A stretch of 57,772 nt of DNA from positions 1 to 57,772 of the forward strand of contig JAZQXE010000086.1 of the NCBI GenBank assembly GCA_045632705.1, in the 5' to 3' direction. The translations under genes and the position numbers were made by a program. The DNA is from Eubacteriales bacterium (GTDB lineage: Bacteria; Bacillota; Clostridia; Oscillospirales; CAG-272). Positions within the stretch are counted from its first letter, which is position 1; every line of letters begins with the position of its first letter. This document shows, in pieces, positions 38,674 to 46,621 of this stretch. Under the pieces are notes generated by a model. The model did not search any database. It saw only the letters and a list, made by a program, of their open reading frames with translations, and was not told the DNA's origin.

Positions 38674-39639
38674 ATGATCTCTGCTCCTGAATTTGACAAA
38701 AAACAAATTTTGTTTGTATTCTTTAAGGAAGGAGAAAAAATATCTTTTTCAAACGACAATCTCATCGTAAAAGACTGCGAAGGAAAAACGAAACTTCAGA
38801 TAACATGCTATAGACTCTTTATTGTTTATGCAATAGGTCACTTTAGCGTCACCTCTGCCTTGATTCAAAATGCACAAAAATTCGGTTTTTTCATTGTGTT
38901 TATGACAAGCAATTTTCGTATTTATGATGTTATAGGTGCAAATAAAGACGGAAATACTCTCCTAAAGAAAAAACAATACACATATAATAGTTTAGACATA
39001 GCAAAGCATATTACAAAAAACAAAATATCCAATCAAGTTGTTTTGCTACAGTCCATTCGCAACAAAAGCGATGCTCAAAAAGAAGCTATAATAAAACTGA
39101 AGGAGTATTACTCGCAAATTGACAATACCACAGCACTCAATGAAATAATGGGGTACGAAGGTCTTGCCTCCAAAATTTATTTCAAAAATTATTTTAACAA
39201 TATCGAATGGAAAGGACGCGAACCGAGGATAAAAAGAGACTACATAAACAGCACACTCGATACCGGTTATACACTATTGTTCTCTTTCGTAGATTCTTTA
39301 CTTTTGATATTCGGTTTTGATACATACTGCGGGGTAATGCACAGGCAGTTTTATATGAGAAAATCTCTTGTGTGTGATATTGTAGAACCGTTTAGGTGTA
39401 TAATAGACAAACAAACAAAAAAGAGTATCAATCTAAAGCAAATAAAAGATGCCGATTTTGTAGTGATAAATGGTCAGTATAAAATAAGCTATCAAAAATC
39501 TGCCGAGTATGCAAAAATACTTTTTTATCCTTTGATTGAACATAAAAACGATATATTCTTGTTCGTTAGAGACTATTATCGGTCTTTCATGAAGGATTCT
39601 GAGATATCAAAATATCCTATATTTGATATCTCAGATTAA
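38674..39639 (+). CDS. cas1: CRISPR-associated integrase Cas1
   Basis: 321 aa. Conserved MGYEG, GVMHRQ and DIVEPFR catalytic-region motifs. Confidence 0.92.
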   Translation: MISAPEFDKKQILFVFFKEGEKISFSNDNLIVKDCEGKTKLQITCYRLFIVYAIGHFSVTSALIQNAQKFGFFIVFMTSNFRIYDVIGANKDGNTLLKKKQYTYNSLDIAKHITKNKISNQVVLLQSIRNKSDAQKEAIIKLKEYYSQIDNTTALNEIMGYEGLASKIYFKNYFNNIEWKGREPRIKRDYINSTLDTGYTLLFSFVDSLLLIFGFDTYCGVMHRQFYMRKSLVCDIVEPFRCIIDKQTKKSINLKQIKDADFVVINGQYKISYQKSAEYAKILFYPLIEHKNDIFLFVRDYYRSFMKDSEISKYPIFDISD

Positions 39640-39654
39640 ATATATGGGTGTGGT

Positions 39655-39930
39655 ATGATAATAATAAGTTATGACATTTCAGACGACAAAAAAAGAAATA
39701 AATTCTCAAAATACATAAAAAGATTTGGTCACAGACTACAATACTCCGTATACGAAATAGACAATAGTGATAAAATACTAAACAACATTATGACAGATAT
39801 AAAAAACAAATTTGAAAAAACATTTGACCAATATGATAGTATTTATGTGTTCAAAATGAGTGAAACTTGCCGAATAGAGAAATTCGGGTATGCAAGAAAC
39901 GAAAACGATGAGTTGATTATTATAAAATAA
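39655..39930 (+). CDS. cas2: CRISPR-associated protein Cas2
   Basis: 91 aa. MIIISYDISDDKKRNKFSKYIKRFGHRLQYSVYE, a ferredoxin-like Cas2 signature. Confidence 0.9.
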   Translation: MIIISYDISDDKKRNKFSKYIKRFGHRLQYSVYEIDNSDKILNNIMTDIKNKFEKTFDQYDSIYVFKMSETCRIEKFGYARNENDELIIIK

Positions 39931-40058
39931 CTTGCAAACATAAGTCTTAATATGTTATATTGTTCTTGTATAGGGGATTGTTATTCACTAAAACTCACTT
40001 TTTTGTTTATTATTCACTAATATACAAATTATTTATTGTGTATAAACACAACGCAAGG
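39931..40058 (+). promoter_or_regulatory. AT-rich CRISPR leader
   Basis: 128-nt A/T-rich spacer between cas2 and the first repeat. The degenerate repeat is at the far end of the array, which places the leader here. Confidence 0.65.
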
Positions 40059-40344
40059 GATTAATAATCCCTTATAATTTCTACTATTGTAGATTGCGCC
40101 GTCGAGGAATACTATCTTTTTAGATTAATAATCCCTTATAATTTCTACTATTGTAGATACAGTCCTGACTTGTATCACTCGTATGATTAATAATCCCTTA
40201 TAATTTCTACTATTGTAGATAAGAGAACAAGGACAAGAAAAGGAATATGATTAATAATCCCTTATAATTTCTACTATTGTAGATGAGTCAGTTAATCTCC
40301 CTGCGCTTGAAGATTAATAATCCCTTATAATTTCTATTGTAGAT
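40059..40344 (+). CRISPR. Type V-A CRISPR array, 5 repeats and 4 spacers
   Basis: 36-nt repeat GATTAATAATCCCTTATAATTTCTACTATTGTAGAT at 40059, 40123, 40185 and 40249. The terminal copy at 40312-40344 lacks ACT (33 nt). Spacers are 28, 26, 28 and 27 nt. The repeat 3' end forms the Cas12a handle UCUAC-UAUU-GUAGA. Confidence 0.97.
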
Positions 40345-40345
40345 T

Positions 40346-40377
40346 CAAGAGTCTCTACATAGAGACTCTTTTGTTTG
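40346..40377 (+). terminator. Hairpin and T-tract immediately after the array
   Basis: Arms AGAGTCTC and GAGACTCT with loop TACATA, followed by TTTTGTTTG. Confidence 0.6.
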
Positions 40378-40414
40378 AGAGTAGTGTAGTTCTATATGTG
40401 ACTAAAACAAAAAA

Positions 40415-40432
40415 AGTCTCTATATAGAGACT
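40415..40432. other. Perfect 18-nt palindrome of the same family
   Basis: AGTCTCTATATAGAGACT, flanked by a duplicated GACTAAAAC. Confidence 0.6.
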
Positions 40433-40438
40433 AAAACG

Positions 40439-40476
40439 GAAAGACGAGAAGTTTAGAGAACTCCTCGTCTTTTTTA
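40439..40476. terminator. Hairpin and T-run between the CRISPR island and rsmG
   Basis: Arms GAAAGACGAG and CTCGTCTTT followed by TTTTT. Confidence 0.6.
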
Positions 40477-40499
40477 GTATTACGTTTTAACCGACCGCG

Positions 40500-41225
40500 T
40501 CAGAGCGGTTTTTTCTTTATTCTGCCGTAGGCACGGGGGTATGCCTTTGGCGTTTGCGAGATCTTTTCTATCTCGATGATATATCTGTGCTGGATCTCGT
40601 CTCCGACGTTGAGCGGAAACTCGCAAACGCGGCAGAGCCTTCCGCCCAGCGTCTTGATAGCGTTTTCGGCTGCCGCAAGCTCCTCCTGCGCTCCTCTGCC
40701 CTTCATGGCAAAGAATCTGCCGCCTACCTTGACGTAGGGCAAGCACAGCTCACAGAGAATATCGAGAGAAGCGACCGCACGCGCGGTTGCCGCGTCGTAT
40801 TTCTCTCTGTACTTTTCGTCATTTGCTCCGTCCTCTGCGCGCATTGAAATACACTTGACGTTGCATAGCTCCAGCTCCCTTGCCGTATCTGCAACGTAGT
40901 TTACCTTTTTCGCCGTTGAATCTATCGCGGTGATATGCACGTCGTCTCTGAAAATAGCAAGAGGAAGGCACGGAAAACCTCCGCCGCATCCCACGTCGAT
41001 CACGTCCGCTCCCTCCGGAATAAGCTCCGAGAGAAACGCACAATCGCAAAAGTGCTTTCTCGCGATCCCGTCGTCGTCGGTGATGGCTGTGACGTTCATC
41101 TGTTCGTTTTTAGTCTGCATAATACGGCAGAGTCCCTCGAGCTTTGCCTCGGTATTGCCGTTTAAAAGATGCGACAAGCCGTTTTGCTCAAAGGCGAGCC
41201 CGTTTACACTCAAAAAATCCGCCAT
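40500..41225 (-). CDS. rsmG: 16S rRNA (guanine527-N7)-methyltransferase
   Basis: 241 aa. SAM-binding VIDVGCGGGFPCLPLAI. GidB-like overall. Confidence 0.85.
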   Translation of the reverse strand: MADFLSVNGLAFEQNGLSHLLNGNTEAKLEGLCRIMQTKNEQMNVTAITDDDGIARKHFCDCAFLSELIPEGADVIDVGCGGGFPCLPLAIFRDDVHITAIDSTAKKVNYVADTARELELCNVKCISMRAEDGANDEKYREKYDAATARAVASLDILCELCLPYVKVGGRFFAMKGRGAQEELAAAENAIKTLGGRLCRVCEFPLNVGDEIQHRYIIEIEKISQTPKAYPRAYGRIKKKPL

Positions 41226-41226
41226 A

Positions 41227-42216
41227 TCACAAAACCTCTTTAACTGCGCAAAGTATCTGCTCTATTGCCGCGTCGATATTCTCCGCGTCAAGCGAGCATC
41301 CTGCGGCACACGTGTGACCGCCTCCGCCGAATTTGGCGCAGATAGCGGAAACGTCCGCACCGTCGGGACGGCTGCGCATAGAAATGCGAAAGCTGCCGGG
41401 CGTTGAGTCCTTTTCCTTTATCGAGCAGCTCACGATCGAGCCGCGAAGCGAACGCGCGATATTTACCGCGTTCTCAAAATGCTGATTTTCTATTCCCGCC
41501 TTGGTCGCATTGTCAAGGGCGCTGACGACAAGCTTGCCGTCAAAATAGACGCGGAGGTTGTTGTATATTATCTTTTCCGCCTCTATCTGCTCGGGGCTCT
41601 TTGAGTCAAAGCACGCGAGATTGATATGTGCCGAGCGCACGCCCATCTCGATCAGGCGTGCCGCGCATCTGTGCGTTTTCGGCGTTGCGTTTGAATACTT
41701 AAAGCATCCCGTATCGGACGTGATGGAAAGATACAGCGCGTTTGCCGCCTCGATGGGCAGAGAAGCTATCCTGCCGCGACGTATCAGCTCATCCGCTATA
41801 TCAAAAATTATCTCTCCGACCGCTGACGCATCGGTCACTCTCAGATAGTCCGCCATGACCTCTCCGCTGTCGTGGTGGTCTATCATCATCGTTATCTTAT
41901 CCTTGTATCTCTCGTAATTTTCCCTGAGCTGATTGGGTGCGGCTACGTCTACCGTCACAACGGCATCGGCGCCTATCGCGTCCGCTTGCTCGGGCGAGTA
42001 TACCTCCGTCGTTGCGAATTCTTTTAAATTCTCGGGAAATTTATCATCGGGATAAACTATATAGCACTTCTTTCCCATAAGGGACAAAATATGCGAAAGT
42101 CCCATACAAGAACCGAACGTGTCTCCGTCGGGGCTGGAATGCATCAGGAGCTTGAAGCTATCGTACGCCTCAAGTCTGTCGCACACCTCGCCGACGCTCA
42201 ACTGTTTAAATTCCAT
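41227..42216 (-). CDS. nrnA: DHH/DHHA1 phosphoesterase (NrnA-like oligoribonuclease/pAp phosphatase)
   Basis: 329 aa. HSSPDGDTFGS, DHH motif MIDHHDSG, DHHA1 GGGGHTCAAG. Confidence 0.8.
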   Translation of the reverse strand: MEFKQLSVGEVCDRLEAYDSFKLLMHSSPDGDTFGSCMGLSHILSLMGKKCYIVYPDDKFPENLKEFATTEVYSPEQADAIGADAVVTVDVAAPNQLRENYERYKDKITMMIDHHDSGEVMADYLRVTDASAVGEIIFDIADELIRRGRIASLPIEAANALYLSITSDTGCFKYSNATPKTHRCAARLIEMGVRSAHINLACFDSKSPEQIEAEKIIYNNLRVYFDGKLVVSALDNATKAGIENQHFENAVNIARSLRGSIVSCSIKEKDSTPGSFRISMRSRPDGADVSAICAKFGGGGHTCAAGCSLDAENIDAAIEQILCAVKEVL

Positions 42217-42593
42217 TATTCTTCCTCTCCGCCGTCTTCCTCGTCGCTTATCGGTGCAAACTCGATATTGTTGAGCAGCTTTGCAATATGGGCGCCGTGC
42301 TCGATACTCTTGTCTTCACAGAAGGTAAGCTCGGGAGTCATACGGAGATTCAGTTTCTGCGAAAGCGATCTTCTCAAAAAACCGCCCGCGCTGATAAGTC
42401 CTTTTTTTACTTCCGCCTTATCTCCCATAATGGAAGAAAAGTATATTTTTGCAAATTTGAGGTCGGGGGTGACCTCTGCTGCCGTGATAGTTACCATAGC
42501 CGAAGAGACTCTGGGGTCTTTTATTTCTCTGACAGATTCACTGAGCGCCTGCATGACGGCGTCGTTGATCTTTCCCTGTCTGTATTTTGCCAT
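42216..42593 (-). CDS. rbfA: Ribosome-binding factor A
   Basis: Start placed at ATG 42593 (MAKYRQGKINDAV...). VTITAAEVTPDLKFAKIYFS is RbfA-typical. The tail is acidic. Confidence 0.85.
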   Translation of the reverse strand: MAKYRQGKINDAVMQALSESVREIKDPRVSSAMVTITAAEVTPDLKFAKIYFSSIMGDKAEVKKGLISAGGFLRRSLSQKLNLRMTPELTFCEDKSIEHGAHIAKLLNNIEFAPISDEEDGGEEE

Positions 42594-42828
42594 AATGATC
42601 CTCTTTCTGCGCGGCGAGCGCATTTTTTCTTACACTTATTATACATTGTTTATGCGAAAATATCAATAGCGAGTTTACGCTCGCGCGTGCCTATACAGAT
42701 AATTAAATCCTATTTTCCTCAAAATCAAATGATCTCGCTTCGTTTTGTGCATTATGCGTCTTTTTTGTTGACAATCGAGACTCACTTTGGTATATTTTTT
42801 ATGTAATAATATTTTGGAGGTGTTCACG

Positions 42829-43923
42829 ATGAAAAAGAAAACTCTCGTAGCGCTCTTACTTGCAGCGCTCATGATAATACCCTTTGGTATAATGGCAAGT
42901 ATAGGAGCAAGCGCCGACACGGCTGCTTCCCTGCTCCCCACAGAGCCCAAGCTCACAAGCGACAAGGTCGTCTACTATTCCTACAACGGCTCTAACCCCT
43001 ACGGTGCTACCAGCGACACAAACGACGGTCTCTCCCCCTCTACCGCAAAGTCGTCCTACGGTACTCTTACCGGTAACGGTGCGATCAAGCTCCTTGAAGA
43101 GATGGGCGGTACTATCGCCATCCCCGGAAAAGCCTACGGCGGTGTTGACGGATTCACCTTTGAAAAGCTCGGCGGTGCTGTCAGATTCACCGCTATCGAC
43201 CCGACAACTAAGGTCGACTACACGGGCGTAGCTGAAACCGAAGACGGTAAAAACGGAAACCAGACGGGTATGTGGCTCTGGAAGGACCACTGCTCCGTTA
43301 ACTTTGCAGGCGACTACATATTTGAGGATATAACCATTCTCCACCGTACCGCGAGCACAAAGATGGAGCTCGTAGTTTTGACGGGTGCTAACCTCGTTAT
43401 CGGAAATAACGTTACCATAACCAAGATGAATATAGGCAGCTCGTTCGGCTCTGCTCCTTACGCGACCGCTACCGTAGTGGTTGAGGCAGGCGCTAATCTC
43501 TTCCTCCATTCCGTAGGCTTCTCCGATTACAAGGGCTCGGGAACTATCGTTCTTGACAAGGCTCTGCTCGACGACGGCAAGATAGAGCTGACCGCATTTG
43601 AGAATTTTGACGGAATCGTCCTCGACGAAAAGGGCAATCTCCTGCTCAACAACACCGTAAAGGAAGACGATACCACCGCCGCTGACGACACTACTGCGTC
43701 TGACGACACAACGAAGGGTGACGATACCACAAAGGCACCCACAACGACCAAGGCGCCTACGACGACCAAGGCTCCCACCACAACGAAAGCTCCTACGACG
43801 ACACAGGCTAACGACACCGCCGAGGCTGCTTCATTCCCGATATGGCTCATCGCAGTAATAGCGGGTGCCGTTATCGTAGCGGTAGTCGTAATAATCGTGG
43901 TTGCAAAGAAGAAAAAACAGTAA
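42829..43923 (+). CDS. Secreted, C-terminally membrane-anchored protein with a TTKAPT-repeat stalk
   Basis: Start at ATG 42829 (GGAGG at 42816-42820). Signal peptide MKKKTLVALLLAALMIIPFGIMASIGASA. C-terminal TM IWLIAVIAGAVIVAVVVIIVVAKKKKQ. Confidence 0.75.
   Translation: MKKKTLVALLLAALMIIPFGIMASIGASADTAASLLPTEPKLTSDKVVYYSYNGSNPYGATSDTNDGLSPSTAKSSYGTLTGNGAIKLLEEMGGTIAIPGKAYGGVDGFTFEKLGGAVRFTAIDPTTKVDYTGVAETEDGKNGNQTGMWLWKDHCSVNFAGDYIFEDITILHRTASTKMELVVLTGANLVIGNNVTITKMNIGSSFGSAPYATATVVVEAGANLFLHSVGFSDYKGSGTIVLDKALLDDGKIELTAFENFDGIVLDEKGNLLLNNTVKEDDTTAADDTTASDDTTKGDDTTKAPTTTKAPTTTKAPTTTKAPTTTQANDTAEAASFPIWLIAVIAGAVIVAVVVIIVVAKKKKQ
43726..43803 (+). repeat. 18-nt in-frame tandem repeat (about 4.3 copies) encoding TTKAPT
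   Basis: ACCACAAAGGCACCCACA, ACGACCAAGGCGCCTACG, ACGACCAAGGCTCCCACC and so on. Confidence 0.8.
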
Positions 43924-43943
43924 TCTGAATAAATAACCGCAAA

Positions 43944-43975
43944 AAAAGACTGTCTCACTTGAGACAGTCTTTTTG
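43944..43975. terminator. Bidirectional terminator between convergent genes
   Basis: Arms AAAAGACTGTCTC and GAGACAGTCTTTT with loop ACTT. Confidence 0.85.
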
Positions 43976-43992
43976 CTTGTCGGCGTAAGCCT

Positions 43993-46485
43993 TTATTCTT
44001 CCTCGGGTACGTATGCGAGCTTGAATACCGCTAACATAGCGTCGCGGTTGGTTATTCTGCCGTCGGAGTTGAGGTCGAACGTGTTATGATCGAATCCCCC
44101 ATCAACGTTCTCGGAGATATCCCATCCCGAGAGATAACGAACCGCAAGCGCGATATCCGCATTGGTAGCGGCACCGTCACCGTCAATATCGGCGGTAATG
44201 AGCTTGTAAGTGATATATTTTTCACCGAGCGCGTATTCGTGCGCGGCCGATCCCTCGGGCACATACACGACGACACTCACCTGGGTAGGCGAGGGGTTGT
44301 AGAATACGGAGCTTCCGAACGTGATATCGGTGTCGGGGAGGATAATGACGGAGTTAGTATAGATGCTCTTGAATGCGTTTGACTTTATCGTAGTAACGCT
44401 TCTCGGAATGACTACCTTCTCGAGTCTGGTATAGGCAAACGATTCAGCACCGATAGAGGTCAGATTTTTGGAAAACGTGACCTCTCTGAGCTTGGAACAT
44501 CCGTTGAACACACTATCCTCTATCACCGTAATACGATCGGGGATCACGATCTCGGTAATACCACAATTAGCGAACGCCATGCGTCCTATCGTTCTTAACG
44601 TTTCGGGCAACTCGATCGACGTAAGAGCCGAGCATATATAAAATGCGGAATCACCAATGCTCTCAAGATATTTCGGCAAAACGACACTCGCGAGCTTTGG
44701 ACAATTAACGAATGCGCTACTGGGTATTGCAGTCAAGGTATCGGGGAGGATAACGCTGACGAGATATTTACATCCTGCGAAAGCATTGCTTCCGAGTGAC
44801 TCAAATCCATAGTGAAGCTCTACGCTCACGATCCTCGTAGAGTTGAAAGCGTTTGCACCTATCTTTTTGAGCGTAACGGGGAAAGTGACGTTTTCAATGG
44901 AGGTGCTTGCAAATGCATTGTCGTTTATAGTAACGACGCCAAATGGGATACTGACGTTTTTAAGTGAAGTATCATTGGAAAACGCGTACTTTCCGATCGT
45001 ATTTACAGTCGAGTTCAGCTCTACGGTATGGAGATTGTCACAGCGATAGAACGCATAATTGCCGATGCTCTCCACTCCGCCCGTTATCTTTACGCTCTGA
45101 ATGGAAGCGCATCCCGCAAAGGCATACGAGCCTATCTTCGTAGCTTCAGCTCCGATAACGATATCGGTAAGCTCCTCGTCACCGAGATAAAGTCTGGTAA
45201 TACGCTGAGAATACTGATAGAAGGGGGTAGAGCCTGATGAGAAATCAATATTGCACCACGCCGCAAGATCCTGAATGGTTACACTCCTCAGCATCGTGCC
45301 GTAAAATGCAGTTTCGCCAACGGAGCTGACAGACGAAGGAATGGTAATATGCTTCAGCGACGCACAATTGACGAACGCGTTGGCGGGGATGTGCGTAGTT
45401 CCATCAGGGATAACGAACTCCTCGCTGTTACCGTTTACCGTCAGTTTTTTGGAATTGTAGACGGGATTTGACATTTGGTTTTCAAACGTTATCCTCATCC
45501 AGTCGCTGAGATCGTCCACGATAACGTCAACGATGCGCGTGCAGTTCTGGAAAACGTAATTTTTTATTACGAGAGACTCGCCGACGTCAAAGCTGACACT
45601 CTCAAGCGAGGTGCAAGAGTTGAAGGCGTACATGTCTATGCTCGTCACCTTTGAAGATATACTGAAGCTCTCCAGAGAAACGTTCTTGTAAAAAGCGTGG
45701 CCTCCGATCTTCGTTACGTTTTCCATTCCGCTTATATCGGAGAGAGAATCGCAGTTTCCGAACATTCCGTAAACGATCTCGGTAACGCCCGAGCCGATAT
45801 ATGCGCTCTTTATATCTCTGCAGGTGTTGAATGCGTTGTCTTTTACAACGGTAACGTGCTCGCCTATCACGACGCGCTCAATGCCCTGTGTAAAGTTAAA
45901 TGCATTTTGCGGAATCGTCGTAACGTTCTCGGGTATCACCAACTCGGTAAGAAGCTCCCCGTTTACGTATTTTTTGTGTTCCGTAGTAAGATTGCCGTTT
46001 CCATGCTCAACGATGTCTATCCAGCTATACACGCTCGTGATATGTATCTCTTCAAGCGCACTGCATCTTGCAAGAGAATACTGTCCGAGAGACTTAAATC
46101 CGCTCGGAAAGGATATCGAGGTTATCGTCGTGCTTCCGTAAAATGCGTACTTTCCGATATAAGTGACGTTTTCTCCTATTATGACCTTCTTTACGGGAAT
46201 ATCAAAGCTCATCCAGGGAGCAGTACTTACGCCAAGCGTTTGGGGGATAGAATAGTTGTACATCTCACCGGTTCCGTCGATAACGAGAGTACCCGCATCA
46301 TCGAGAGCATAAGTGAGGTTCGCACCCGCCTTTCCGCTATATACGACAACTGGCTCGGAGATGATCTCACCGTTTTCATCCGTCGTCTGTGCGTATGCGC
46401 AAATTCCCAAGACCGAAACGGACAGTACGAGCACAGCTACTACCGTCCATATCTTAAAAAGTCGTCCAAAAAATATTGATCTCAT
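43993..46485 (-). CDS. BspA-type leucine-rich-repeat surface protein with a C-terminal dockerin
   Basis: 830 aa with an N-terminal signal/TM. About 20 repeats of the ...I.IP..VT.IG..AF..C..L..V.. type. Dockerin DIDGDGAATNADI...DLNSDGRITNRDA. Confidence 0.85.
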   Translation of the reverse strand: MRSIFFGRLFKIWTVVAVLVLSVSVLGICAYAQTTDENGEIISEPVVVYSGKAGANLTYALDDAGTLVIDGTGEMYNYSIPQTLGVSTAPWMSFDIPVKKVIIGENVTYIGKYAFYGSTTITSISFPSGFKSLGQYSLARCSALEEIHITSVYSWIDIVEHGNGNLTTEHKKYVNGELLTELVIPENVTTIPQNAFNFTQGIERVVIGEHVTVVKDNAFNTCRDIKSAYIGSGVTEIVYGMFGNCDSLSDISGMENVTKIGGHAFYKNVSLESFSISSKVTSIDMYAFNSCTSLESVSFDVGESLVIKNYVFQNCTRIVDVIVDDLSDWMRITFENQMSNPVYNSKKLTVNGNSEEFVIPDGTTHIPANAFVNCASLKHITIPSSVSSVGETAFYGTMLRSVTIQDLAAWCNIDFSSGSTPFYQYSQRITRLYLGDEELTDIVIGAEATKIGSYAFAGCASIQSVKITGGVESIGNYAFYRCDNLHTVELNSTVNTIGKYAFSNDTSLKNVSIPFGVVTINDNAFASTSIENVTFPVTLKKIGANAFNSTRIVSVELHYGFESLGSNAFAGCKYLVSVILPDTLTAIPSSAFVNCPKLASVVLPKYLESIGDSAFYICSALTSIELPETLRTIGRMAFANCGITEIVIPDRITVIEDSVFNGCSKLREVTFSKNLTSIGAESFAYTRLEKVVIPRSVTTIKSNAFKSIYTNSVIILPDTDITFGSSVFYNPSPTQVSVVVYVPEGSAAHEYALGEKYITYKLITADIDGDGAATNADIALAVRYLSGWDISENVDGGFDHNTFDLNSDGRITNRDAMLAVFKLAYVPEEE

Positions 46486-46578
46486 TTTAAAAAATCCTCC
46501 GGGTTAAATTTCGCCAATTCAATTCATTTTACACTACACCGCCCTCTTTGTCAACAAAATATTCCCTGCCAAAAGAAG

Positions 46579-46613
46579 AAAAAAAGTACGTATGCGGTGT
46601 TACGCCGCATACG
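46579..46613 (-). terminator. Intrinsic terminator of the second ABC operon
   Basis: Arms CGTATGCGG and CCGCATACG, followed on the minus strand by TTTTTTT. Confidence 0.75.
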
Positions 46614-46621
46614 GACTTTCG

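Noticed and set aside
40095-40311. Possible self-targeting of the four spacers within this window.
   Set aside because: No matching protospacer was noticed elsewhere in the 57.8 kb on visual inspection. This cannot be excluded without a computed search against the whole genome.
40480-40847. ORFs 40480-40746 (-) and 40554-40847 (+), next to the CRISPR array, considered as possible extra cas-associated or anti-CRISPR genes.
   Set aside because: Both lie within the rsmG coding region in other frames or on the other strand. They have Arg-rich composition and no SD.
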